The position numbers were made by a program, and so were the translations under genes. A stretch of 64,000 bases of DNA. Source: Balanoglossus misakiensis (taxonomy: Eukaryota; Animalia; Hemichordata). The notes below the pieces were generated by a model, which saw only the letters and a program-made list of their open reading frames with translations, ran no database searches and was not told the origin of the DNA. Of the stretch, positions 50,240-62,726 are shown in pieces; position 1 is the stretch's first letter; each line of letters starts with the position of its first letter. The stretch spans positions 11,978,894 to 12,042,893 of the forward strand of contig CM082589.2 in the NCBI GenBank assembly GCA_040954595.2, read 5' to 3'.

Positions 50240-51821
50240 GTAATTTTTTTTTGAGTGGGGAGGGTATAGGCTAACAATGGCTTTGCATTTCCTGCCACAA
50301 AAGGGTGCTTACAGAAGTTGTAAGTTGCAGAGATTACAGTCAGTCACCATGTTAAAAAAGAAAATAATTTAAAGTTATCAGGCACTTTCCATAGTTAGAA
50401 ATTAAAAATATAGCGTCAAGGACACTTGGTGCTCTCTCAGTGTGTAGTGGATGAAGAGCAGAATGTTTGGAGAACAGTGCAAACACCACAGTGAAATGCT
50501 GAACTGATTTGCTCATGTAATATTGAATGCAGCCTGATAAGGTGGGTGCTTGACAGGGGGGAAAACCACTTGTCCTGGGCTCTAATAACTGTTTTAAATT
50601 AAGTCTTAAAAATGGCCTGCACTCACAAATGGCCTCACACAAATATATTGTCATTTCCCTCTCAGATTCTGTATCTTATGTTATACTGATGGAATTCATT
50701 GTGTATGTCATATCAAATTGCACCAGTGCAACTATGAGAAATGTGTTTTGAAAAAAACAGTGCAAGCAGAAGTACTAGTCTAAAAGTGAAAGAAATACAT
50801 TTGGAAAAAAAATCAGACAGCATTCAAGATCAGCTGAAGTGTTTTGATAAAATTTATCCATATTCAAGTATATACTGTCATGTGCTGATTATAGTAGTGT
50901 AGGTGGTAGCGAAAAAAATACATGAATTGTTCAAACAGAAAGTACAATCATTTAGTTTCCCCAGTTTATGGGAGCATAGCAGTTGTGAACATAGTATATG
51001 AAATAAATTAAAATAGTCATTGCTCTCTGGTCCGTCATTTTCGGTAGAAGTGACCTGATTTCACATCAATAGTTTCCCACCCGTCATTTCCAGCTAATTT
51101 CATGTAGAACAAAACTCCTATACAACATAATAACATTTCTAGAACCTTTTTTGCTGGTTGGGCCCACAGACTAACACTAGTGGTTCTAAAAAGAAACTTC
51201 CATAACAACCTTTATCATATGCCTATATTCACGTGCCCATGTAAAGTCTATGGGGAAAAGCGCCCTCACATCCGTGCAGTTTTTTTTGCTTATCACGCCC
51301 CGGCCCGGTGACCATATTTGGAAGACGCGTTCAATATCCGGATCTAGTTTTGTGTTTATTGCGCGAGATTCCAAAGTTGTCGCTGCTACGTTCGGAATTA
51401 AATTTTTCTGGTGCGGTGTCAGTGACTAGTGCACTTGCAGTGTGTGTACGTCCTATGCCACTACCGAATCACATCCTCTTCCATAATCGCTGCATGTTGT
51501 AGAGCTTTATTTGGAAATATGAATAGCAAAATTGATGATTTGATGTGACTGTCGGCGTCGATCGTCGCGAGGAAAAAATAATGTTTTGCTCGCGCTCGGC
51601 TGTGTGAGTTCGAGCGCGTCTACATCTCACGTGCAATAGAATGTAAACAAATGACATCATGCATATCAATCCGCAAAAACTGGAGGAATACGGCTCTATG
51701 CTAAGCGATTTATCATTTCAAAACGATAGATAAAAACGTAATATTTACATTCCAAAATATTACAGAATGTGTATTTTATTAGTTTCTTGTAGATTATTGT
51801 TCAATAAGGCATATGATAAAA

Positions 51822-51942
51822 CCTTTACGGCCCTAATACGGGTTTTGCGGCCCTCGGTCGTACGGCGATTCGCGCCCTCCCTGCGGTCGGGCGCTTCCGC
51901 CGTACGACCTCGGGCCGCAAAAGCCGTATCAGGGCCGTAAAG
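51822..51942. repeat. GC-rich near-perfect hairpin, about 120 bp
   Basis: TTACGGCCCT.ATACGG.TTTTGCGGCCC..GGTCGTACGGCG mirrored by CGCCGTACGACC..GGGCCGCAAAA.CCGTAT.AGGGCCGTAA. Confidence 0.85.
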
Positions 51943-52187
51943 ATTAGTATGCTTGACGCATTCAAGTCAGGGCACACCTAACCCATTCAAAATATGCAAA
52001 TTAGAAAAAGACGCATATGCATTATTTGTGTCCCCAGAGACACACACAGGAAATCAAGCGAGTGCGGCCACTAGCTGGAAGAGCTGAATTCAATGGATTG
52101 CTATACAATGTTCATGATACAGGGGGGTGATGATCAATGAACAGAACAGCGGTCCACTTTCACGCATTGTAGTGCACTGATCATGGC

Positions 52188-52761
52188 TAGACTGTCGACA
52201 GTCCCTCGCGCCTAATATGTATCGATTCGGCGTTTCGTGCGAGGGCCGAAGGCCCGATTCGGCGTTTCGTGGTGCGAGGGCCGTAAGGCCCGAGAGACTG
52301 TTATAGCTTGTAAGCCTTGCCTTGATATTAATTATGCATGCAGAAAATGACGTAGTAAAATTTGCATATGGGGGCGTAAATCAGCGGCGATACAACCAAA
52401 ACTATCGATGACGGTTCCTCGGTAAATTCGCCGATCCTGTCCAAGAGAAAAGGTGCGATTTCATACGCCAAAGACTTCCCAGTGCCCGTTGGCGATGCCA
52501 CAAAAACATCTTTGCCGTTTATGAGTTTATGACGTATATTAACTGTCAATCATTTTACAGGGGCATTTTCCCACAGTGCCCGTGTGAGGGCGAAACAAGG
52601 TATAACAGTCCCTCGGGCCACGCCCACGCCCGAGGCCTTACGGCCATCGCACCACGAAACGCCGAATCGGGCCTTCGGCCCTCAAAAGATACGGGCCTTA
52701 CGGCCCTCGAACGAAACGCCGAGTCGATACACATTAGGCGCGAGGGACTGTCGACAGTCTA
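52188..52761 (-). mobile_element. AcademH-like non-autonomous element with RecQ helicase fragment
   Basis: ATCATGGC|TAGACTGTCGACAGTCCCTCGCGCCTAAT ... ATTAGGCGCGAGGGACTGTCGACAGTCTA|ATCATGGC; internal ORF GKDVFVASPTGTGKSLAY..IVLVVSPL (RecQ motifs I and Ia). Confidence 0.82.
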
Positions 52762-53021
52762 ATCATGGCAAGTTGATCATGTCAAAACAAACGACGATGT
52801 TAGATAGCAGTGCTTCGCAAGTTTGACTAATTTGTATGAAAATCGTCTCGCCAAACTTTTTTCTCGCGGGTAGCAAAAACACTGCTGGCTAATCCGTTCC
52901 GATTTCTGCCCCTGTTCCAATTCTTCCGCAACACCTCAAAGCTACACACCACCGCCAAAAACATAAAGCTACACACCCCTACTAGAAAATGGTATGAATT
53001 CTTGACGGATGGAAGTAGTTT

Positions 53022-53195
53022 GACAGACGGCGAAAGATGCAGTGTGCAACTGAAACTGCTGCATCAGAGTTCTTGTGCTCCAACTGCAGGAAGGATTGTC
53101 ATTCCCGTATTGGTCTGACAAGCCACTCACGAAGCTGTTTTAAATCATAGTGCATCATGCCATAGTCTCTCGAGACTGAAGGTTGCCTACTAGTA
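53022..53195 (+). mobile_element. 3' fragment of an RTE-clade LINE
   Basis: FLCSNCRKDCHSRIGLTSHSRSC C-terminal motif followed by CCATAGTCTCTCGAGACTGAAGG.TGCCTACTA tail. Confidence 0.8.
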
Positions 53196-53516
53196 GCTCA
53201 TACCCAACTTGACAGACTCCCCTGTTTACACTTCGGAGCCAAAAAATGAGTTTGTTGTCTCGTGCATGATATTTTTGGCTTTCAAACACTACCTTGTTAA
53301 ATGTAATGTGGTTACTACATTGTTTGTTTATCAGTATACAGTACTGGTACAGATAAACATATGTAATGACCAAGTTATAATATGCCAGATGATATTTATT
53401 AAGTTTCACACAATTTTGCTCTCTTATCGTATATTTTCAAATGTGTACTCAAAGAAAACTGTAATTCACATGTATTCATTCTAACACATTTTATGATATT
53501 TGTGTTTTCCCCGCAG

Positions 53517-53628
53517 ATGACAATGAGTGCGATCAAGCTGGTTGGTCACCATGCCAACAAGTAGATTGCAACACACCAACCAGTTACCAGAGTGTGGTTG
53601 CAGACCAGGATTCAACATACATGCGTTT
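53517..53628 (+). pseudogene. Degenerate calcium-binding EGF exon, frameshifted
   Basis: DDNECDQAGWSPCQQVDCNTPTSYQ(frameshift)CGCRPGFNIHAF; CCGCAG and GTGAGT ends; 112 bp. Confidence 0.78.
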
Positions 53629-53784
53629 GTGAGTATCTACAATTTGGAGAGAAAGTAAGATGTATGGGTTTGTACTTAGTGTCTTATACATGTATATGTG
53701 ACACTGAAATCATATATTGTACAATCAGTCATTGGTAAATGTCTGCTATTCATGACACAGATCAACATACAGTCAAACCTGTTA

Positions 53785-54900
53785 GTGTGGTATGATGTGT
53801 ATTCCAGTAGGATTTTTGTGCTAAAATAGATTTTTTTGCTGTTTTGGCTTCTATGGGGACCCAACTACCCGAAAATGATGGGGTGCAATTTTAAGGGCCC
53901 CTCCATCATATTTTTCTGGGGGGGGGGGGAGGTACTTCCGTTTTGTGGTATGATGTGTATTCCCGTAGGATTTTTGTGCTAAAATTGATTTTTTTGCTGT
54001 TTTGGCTTCTATGGGGACCCAACTACCCGAAAATGATGGGGTGCAATTTTTAGGGCCCCTCCATCAATTTTTTTCGGGGGGTCTCTTCTGTTGTGGTCAC
54101 TCGAGGATATTTGTTCACCTATTTACTCTATCATCATGGGAATTTGGGCTACAATTAATTTATTTTTGTGGTTTTTGCCTTGGAGGGGACCCACCTGGCC
54201 AAAAATAATCGGGTGCAAATTATAGGGCCCCTCCATCATTTTTTATTTGGGGGAGGGGCCACTTCCATTTTGGCCACTCCGAAGTTGTTTGTTGGCCTAT
54301 TTACTCTATTATCATGGGAATTTGGGCTACAATTAATTTGTTTTTGTTGTTTTTGCTTTGGAGGGGACCCACCTGGCCAAAAATAATAGGGTGCAAATTA
54401 TAGGCCCCCCATCATTTTTTGTTTGGGGGGGGGGCACTTCCATTTTGGCCACTCCGAAGTTGTTTGTAGGCTGATTTACTCCCTTCTCATACAATATTTT
54501 GCTAAAAATATTATTTTTCTTTGATGTTTTGGTTTCAATGGGGCTCCACCAGAACTAAAATGATGGGATTCAAATTTTTGGAACCTTCCATCATGTCTTG
54601 GGGGGGGGGGGTAATCATTTTTGTTTTAGCCACCCTGAAGATACTTGTTCACCTATTTACTATACGGTTAGTATTGTCGTGGTATTTCTTGCAATTTGGT
54701 TTGCTCCTTTGGCTTGAATGCAGACTGACTGCCGAAAAGTGATGGTGTGCAAAATGTTGGACCCCTTTACCACATTTGTTTTTTTTTTGGGGGGGGGAGG
54801 GGGGGGGGGTTCCCTATATTTGTTTTCGCCAACCCGTTGTAACAGTTGTTTTTTAATCGTAGATTTTTTCGTTTATTCTAAATTTAGTATACTAAGGTAA
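53785..54900. repeat. Degenerate interspersed repeat with internal about 160-180 bp tandem subrepeats and G tracts
   Basis: TGTGGTATGATGTGTATTCC..GGGGACCCAACTACCCGAAAATG and TCATGGGAATTTGGGCTACAATTAATT blocks each occur twice. Confidence 0.7.
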
Positions 54901-55416
54901 ATTAAAACTCCTTTATTAGCCTGATCGCATCACCCCGTCACACTTGGCAATGGGTTACTGTTTCAAAGTCTCAGTTTTGTCCTTTGACTCACTGGCTTTT
55001 ATTAGAGGTTCCTACCTTTAAATGTTTCATAAAATGTTTAACCAAATCTGTCTACAATCGGAGTAGACATTGTTTACATACACCTGTTGTTAAATAATTG
55101 TACTGTGTTGTATTTCAGATTTTTGTCAGGAGCAGGTGAGAAATACAGTATGGTTTCAGAAGGTCTGAGTACTGCAGTGCAGTTATTTGACGATATGAAG
55201 AGTTTACGATATTCAAGGTAATTATGGTAAAATTCTGAGGTTAAAGATCATTCTCTAGTTATAGCCCCCACTTTTTGAGGTGGTTTATCTGTATGTAAAG
55301 CTCACCATGTCAACCAGGAAATGATTCCATACCGACAGTAAAGTACAACTCACATGTGAAGTACATTGAAACCTGCCTAGTAAGGGCACCTCTGGGATCA
55401 CACAACATGTCCTTAA

Positions 55417-55939
55417 AGGGATACAGGCTCTCTCTCCCGCTCGCTGCCCCTTATTCAATTAATTATATTTGATACAAGACACTATTTATGTTATTCTACA
55501 TGTGGATATATAGTGAATCAATATTCAACCACACACAAAGTATATTTATTTATTCTTTAATTCAGGCCGTATGCCCATACTGTAAAAAAAACATACAAAA
55601 CAAACCCAGAAACAACTCCATAAAAGAAAGACACAAAAGAAAAAAAAATCCCAAAAACTTAATGAAGAACAACCCTGCAATGCCCCCAGAAAGTAGATAA
55701 AAAGTAACATATATACTGCTTGTGGACATGAGTGAAAAAACTCGCCAAAATGAATAATCAGTCTCTACCATTTATTCGTTTTGGGTGAGTTTTTACTCCC
55801 ATATCATACACGCGGGATGGAAGTTGTGTATGGTTGAACGTTCATTCACTACATATACACATGTACATTAACATAAACAGTGTCTTGTATCAAACATTAT
55901 TAATGGAAAAAAGGGCAGCGAGAGAGAGACTTTGTCCCT
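55417..55939. mobile_element. Kolobok/T2-like MITE with a copy-2-specific insert (about 55545-55668) resembling a reversed non-LTR retrotransposon tail
   Basis: TTAA|AGGGA...TCCCT|TTAA; the insert reads ...GCCTGAATTAAAGAATAAATAAA on the minus strand and is absent at about 28985. Confidence 0.78.
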
Positions 55940-58900
55940 TTAATACAGAGGTGTCCTTAATAGAAATGTGCATGTAATATTCTATTCAAGCCATTACTTT
56001 TGTCTTGAACAATCTATCCTTAAAGGGAAAATCCGGTCCAGGTAATTTCTACATAATTTGGTAGCTTTGAGGTCACTCTTTCAGAAAAAAAAATATTTGT
56101 CATGTATAAGTCATCATATTTTTTTACAAAATCGAGGGAAAGTTGGCAGAATTTCTAATATGGCGTTTACTGTAATTTGAATCATGGGAAAAAAAGCACC
56201 AGGACCAACTTCCACCCACCTTGGTGTGGGTGATACCATTTTCCAATGGGTGTAACTGCGTGACTGCTTGGGTATCTGTTGCTAAGCAAATATTTGAAAT
56301 CATACAATCCAGATTCTAAAGTTCAAAGGACAAATATACAACTTGTTTACATGGCCATTGACAACCAATTCATCATATTGTGGTGATGTAGAACACCTTT
56401 TTTGTGGTTGTTAAAATTTTCATTACCCTAAATCGGTACTTCCGTAAAATGGTTGTAATATTTTTATTAATATTTATTACACATCACATATTATTATTCG
56501 CTCTTGGTTGGCTAATACTTTATATGCCAGAACTTCATGACCTCTGCACACGATCTGAGGCTTACAGAAGTTATTTTCGCGAGTGATGCAGTGTATTCTG
56601 TTGCAGTACATGCACAAGCCAAGCCTATTATTCCCCATCATTTCAATGCCTGGCCAATGAATTACACATCCCCTGAAAATTGTTGGTAGGTGGGCAATCA
56701 GTTTCCATGGTTAAATCCTGGATGAAACACTGGTACAGGTTCAAGACAAGTTTTGTGACATTGTGTGAATCCACAGCAGAATTTTACATCAACTCTATAA
56801 TCCTCCATTTTTGTAATGATTGTGTTTCAGGAAAATCTGTGTCTAGTGGTGATACGAAAGAGGATGCCATAGTGAAACCTACAACCATAGCAACCAGTAC
56901 AACCACTACCACAACACATCCACTGAAACCTGCATCAACAGTTACCATGGTTACAGGGCCTACCTCTGGTATGACCTCAAATCCTCTCAAATCAACTGTT
57001 GGAAGATCATCTCCAGGTAAAGTCTCCAGTGTTGCTTCCCAGCCATTGTCAAATTAAGTCCGCACATAATTACACCTCCAAGTGAAGTGTGATATATAGT
57101 AGAATTATGTAAAGCCGCTCTGCCAAGGTATGTTTATTTCAGGCAGGGTCACCTTCTGAAAAAAACATCACTTAGCCTCATGGGCTTTAATCAGATATAT
57201 CCTAAGTTGTAACAAGTGGGAAGCACTTATAGGCTGACCAAGTCAAATCAAGTTGCAGGTTTTAATGACTTTCCCAGGCACTGGTTATTTTAATTACCCA
57301 AGTTATAATTACTTATCACCCAATACTCATGCAGTCTGATTTACTCTGTCAAAGTACCCTATGGGATATCCATGACAGATTGCAACAAATCCAGACTTGG
57401 TAGTTAAGTGTGGTATACCCATGGTAGCTTACTGTTTATGAAAACCATGAGAAAGATTACTATGTTTCAGTTACGCCATCTTGTATTTGTATATGCCTTG
57501 AGTAGCATCTGTCACATGTCACCTGGACAACCAAGTCAAATTGGAAGTCAGTCTCCACAAAAACTGTCGTCCTCTCAACAGAAACTGACTCAACCAAGTC
57601 AGCCCCAGATGAAGGGCCAAGGTCAAAGGACATCAATGCCTTCTGCCCAGCCTACCGCTTTTCCAAACCAACCAGTATCCACTGTCACAGCAAGCAGGAC
57701 ACAACAATCCAATGTGACTGTTTCAAGTATCCCCATGAGACAATTTTCATCCACCCAGGTACACTTGTGGTCTATCTTCTACTTTATGAGATTTAAATTA
57801 GCTGTTTCTAGTTACCCATCCTGTGAATTGAAAGCATTTTTTGACTGTTTCACATAGCCTTGTCTTACCATTGTCTTTAAAGTAGACTATTTTTTTCAAA
57901 ACACATTCAAAACTTCTGTTTTGGTTGCTAGAAGCCCACTCTGTCAATGCAAAGACTTATTTGGATAATGCCACAGACTCAGAGATCAATTCCAATTTTA
58001 ATGAGATTAATGTGAAAAGCCTAAACCCAATCCTGTCCAAATGTCGGTGTGTGTGTTGAAAATGGGACTTCAAGAGTTGCAAGTTCAACATCGAATTAAA
58101 AATTGGAAGTCATGAATTAAAAATGGTGGTTTGAATACTGGCCTTGATAATGCTCCATATTAACTAGGTTTGTTACTCTTTTTGGACAGGCAATTTCACC
58201 ACCAAAGATGACTTCCCAGCAGGCACCAGCTGCTGCACTGAAAGCCGTAGAAGGTGTCATGCAAATGGCAAATGGTAGTCAGTTCAGTAAGACGCCACCA
58301 ATTGCTGATGTGAATCCTATCAACTCCAAGCCCTAGAGATGGTCAGGTACTGATTCACAGCCACAAAGAGGTAGGTACAGTCAAACCTGTCTATACTGGC
58401 CAGTCAAGGGACTTTCCTAAACTGGCATTTATAGACAGGTGGCTTCTATAGACGGGTCAATTAGTGTGCAATGTACATGTACATGAACTGAAACAAAGTG
58501 GCCACTATATAGTGGTGGAAACAAACACAGATTTGTTGCCACTGCAGTCATTTCGATTGGTTTGATTATACTTTGCCAAAACCTGAGGAAAAAAATATTC
58601 AAGTTCCCCTTTTCATATTCTCCTATCAATGGTATAATCCGCCAATGTCATGGTAAAATTTTGGTGACATTTTCTGCTAACTGCTAAAGGCAAATTAACA
58701 TTTGTTTTTTTTCAGTATTTTTTTCACTGAAGGAATTAACCCTAGTTTCTTGTTCAGCTCTGGATAGCTTTATGAAATGTTCAGTCTTTAGCTTTTCAAT
58801 AGAACTTGTACATTAGTAATGGGCATTGTGAATATTAAATGAACTCAGACTAGAATTTATTTTTCAACAATAACAATGTTGAACAATATGTAGAACACCA

Positions 58901-59152
58901 TTGTTTGAAAACCAAACTCTGAGAACCTTGATCGTGCCATCTGTTCGACCGTGTCATTAGTTCGACCTTCCACTATTCTTTCGATAATTAATTATTTTAT
59001 AACCTCAAAGTGTTGGACCAGTGCGTAATTGCCTACTGTGAATTTCCAGCCATTTGTTTCTGGTTGAATTTTTGGCGTGATTACGGTAATTCTTAATGTT
59101 TTACAGAGTAGAATAAGACATCACGGCTGATATCCAAAGTTAATGTTGGAGT

Positions 59153-60755
59153 TATTTAAGCAATAAAACACCCCCAGCCATGGTATACCACGAGATTTTG
59201 ACCAGTTCACGACATATACGCATGAGTGATAGCGAGTGCGTATATGGAGTTGAACTGGTCAAAATCAAGTGGTATACCATGGCTGGGGGTGTTTTATTGC
59301 TATTATATCATGCCAGTATATTGAAACTTTGCATAAAACATTTTAAAAAGGCATTTTCTTTGACTATGATAAATGACTGTGGTATATGACTAATATATCA
59401 CAGTCACGTGTCGTGTCTCGACCAATAAAATAGTGTGATTTACACCATCAATATACTGGTATACCATAATAACGATTTAATACTACTGTGTTTACTTATG
59501 CAGTCATCGATGCAAACAGGAGTGCAGTCAACACAACCGACAGTACCTAATGTGAGCTGCAGCAAGAATCCACCTGTCACCACTGGCACCAATGTTGTTC
59601 GAACTCTGACACAGCCACAAGTACATGTACAAAACCAGTCATTGGTATGTTATGTTATGAACTGAGTTATAATACCCATCTATCCCTTTTGCCTGGCAAG
59701 TGACATTTTATCACTTTTCAGTATTTTAATAGAACTGCATTTGTATAATTTGTTACCTAACATGACATCAGAAGATGGCAGCTTGATGTCTTAACTGAGG
59801 ACATTGGATGACCAGTAGATAAAGATTTTCTTTGATAAACACATATGGAAAAATATTATACGGGATACCACAATGTTGTTTTCCCATTACCTGGAAATGA
59901 CAATGCTTTGGGTCACATGGCCAGATCATGTGATTGATATTTAAGCAATAACCCCCACCGAAGGCGGGTATACGCGATATTTGGGTACAATTCGAGATAT
60001 ATAGCACGAGCCGTCAGGCGAGTGCTATATGGAGGGAATTGTACCCAAATCAAGTGTATACCCGACTGAGGCGGGGGTTATTGCTATTATATTATATCAA
60101 CAATTGTTTTTGTGGCATATCAGTGTCATTTTCTTACCGAAACGGCGTCAGAAAGAGAAATTACAATCGTGAACCAACATGGCGACAATGAATGTAAACA
60201 CGAGCAGCCGGGATCGAGCATTAAACATGAAGCAGACGACAAAAAGTGACAAGACTGGCATTGCGCGTGATAAAGTGACAAATATTTTCACAGAGCAGTT
60301 CCAAAATGAAACATCTGTTCATTCAACAGTATTTTTGTTTTATTTATTTGATTTAAACACGCGCGACTGTGGTTTAACCGCACATTTTTGCTGCCATATG
60401 CTAGTTCAGCGGCCCGTTTTAGCAGTGCATTATTGAGTATTATATTATACCAGTATATTGATGGTGTAAATCACGCTATTTGATTGGTCGAGACACGACA
60501 CGTGACCGTGATATATTAGCCATATACCACAGTCATATATCATAGTCAAAGAAAATGCCTTTTTAAAAGGTTTTATGCAAAGTTTCAATATACTGGCATA
60601 ATATAATAGCATTAAAACACCCCCAGCCATGGTATACCACGAGATTTTGACCAGTTCAACTCCATATACGCACTCGCTATCGCTCGTGCGTATATGTTGT
60701 GAACTGGTCAAAATCTCGTGGTATACCATGGCTAGGGATGTTTTATTGCTTAATT
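59153..60755. mobile_element. Three asymmetric hairpin elements, duplicates of 32483-34215
   Basis: Same sequences as in copy 1; the fourth element is absent. Confidence 0.7.
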
Positions 60756-62603
60756 TTAGCATCGCTGGATTGAGCTCTCGTCCAATCAGAATTGTGGACG
60801 GTAGCATGATATAATATAATACAGAATTATTTACAGTCATGATTTGTATGTGTTATTACAGGCTAATACCAGTACTTCACTACCGATGGATCTGGACATA
60901 CCAGTGCCCTCTACAGCTCAAGTGCATCAAGTTGACTCACCAGCAGCAAGTTGATCCACAACAACAAAAACAACAACAACAACAACAGCAGAAAAGTGTT
61001 GTTTGGCACGGAGCCTTGGAATGGCAAGAGGTGTGTACAGCTCACATACAAATAACTAATTAAAACAATTGACTGTAGGTCAATGGGGTTATTGTGGTTG
61101 GATCATGTTGGATAGTGAGCATTTTTTAGGGTGCTTCCAGATGTATCTTTGGAGGGTACACATTACACAAATTATGAGCTTGGCTGAACAACGTGTGGTA
61201 GTACCCATCAAGGAAATACACAGATTGGTCTTTCATCCAGAGGCACACAGTGTACATGCAATGCAATCATTTCCCTTTGTACGTCTTAACAAAGCAACCT
61301 TATACGACAGGAGCAGATTTAGATAAAAAATTTCATCTGGGTGATAAACTATATAAGTCCACTGTTACTTGGGATTTGAAACTCAATGATAATTTTGTTA
61401 GTGACATTCTCATGTTGGATGACCTACAACACTTTGTATTCATTAATTCATTGCATAAGTAGAGGTGAAATATTTAAATAATAACACATGTTAGCGAGGG
61501 CAATATCATGATCTTTTGCCTGCACAAGGGATGGTGATTGGAGTCAATTTTTTTCCCCACAGCAATCACTTGGTGCCATGTTTCAAAACTCACGCACTGT
61601 GGTGTTCCAGTTTATGAATAACAGCCAGGAAGCATACATATCTCTCTTCAGAATAATGTCTGGAGGATTTGTAAGTATTATCTTATAATTGCACTGTAAA
61701 ATTAAAGGATCATGTCAATTGTACTGCCATGCACCTGCAACTGACACTTTACATATTAAAGGCCATTTTCTCAATCTCAGGGCAGAACAATGAAGACAAA
61801 TAAGAAATCCTTTGTGTTAGCACGCAACTGTTGAGCAGGGCCTTTAAAGGGTCACTGTGTCTGCAATTTCTATTTTTAGCATTTTGTTCTGTATATCAAC
61901 TGCACTTTCAAGTACAGTCAAACCCGTCTAACACCAAAGGGACTGAAGAAATTGTTTGGATTGCAGGTGTCCAATTTAAAGAGGTTCAACATGTGGTTGT
62001 AGATACTCACCAACACATGTGTGTAATTAGTGAGTGGTTGCATGACATCAATGCATGACAAAAGCTCATCACTATGTAAGACTCAGAAATAGAATTTGAA
62101 TACAAATCTTATTAAACAAAAAAAACTCTAAAATTTACATGTTATTTTAACACCTGTTTACTCCTATAAAAGTGATTGCATGTGTTTGTGAGTTCTCTTC
62201 AATCCAGAAGCCATTTTGTAGGCCATAGTTGGTGCATGCAGTTCCTAGACTTAGAAATAAAGTTTGGTTGAACTCAAACGCCTCAAGTCCAGTTGACCAT
62301 CTCACACTTCTGGCACTGGTGGGATTCAAACCAACTCCATCAAAATAACTGCAGGTGCCTAAAACCGCTTGACTGTAGGACATAAATGCCTGACAGTGAT
62401 ATAACTATATTATAATGTTACATCGACAATATATAAGTTTGGGGATATTTTGTCTCAAATGATCAAATTGAGACAAATTATCCCCATCTTGTTATAAATC
62501 TGACCCCAGGTGTCTTTGGTGTGACATTCCAGTAGTCAAGAGTAGGCTTATCTTGAATAATGTAATGCTTGTAAATAATTTCTAATTTCTTCTTACCTTC
62601 CAG

Positions 62604-62726
62604 ATATGAATGAATGTCACAGTGGTGGAAATGCATGTCAACACTGTTGTCAGAATACCCATGGTAGTTATCTCTGCGCTTGCAGACCAGGATTCTATCT
62701 GCTGGAAGATGGCCATGCATGTGACG
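62604..62726 (+). pseudogene. Calcium-binding EGF exon, copy 2, open
   Basis: DMNECHSGGNACQHCCQNTHGSYLCACRPGFYLLEDGHACD with a full poly-pyrimidine acceptor. Confidence 0.88.

Larger units (their letters stand above)
55119..61030 (+). pseudogene. MED25: Partial MED25 exon set, copy 2: 55119-55217, 56831-57016, 57506-57758, 58190-58370, 59504-59644, 60862-61030
   Basis: Same exons and same lesions as copy 1 (FLSGAGEKYSMVSEGLSTAVQLFDDMK ... KSVVWHGALEWQE). Confidence 0.85.

Noticed and set aside
52328-52549. Host RecQ helicase gene
   Set aside because: Only about 50 codons, enclosed by TIRs and a TSD.
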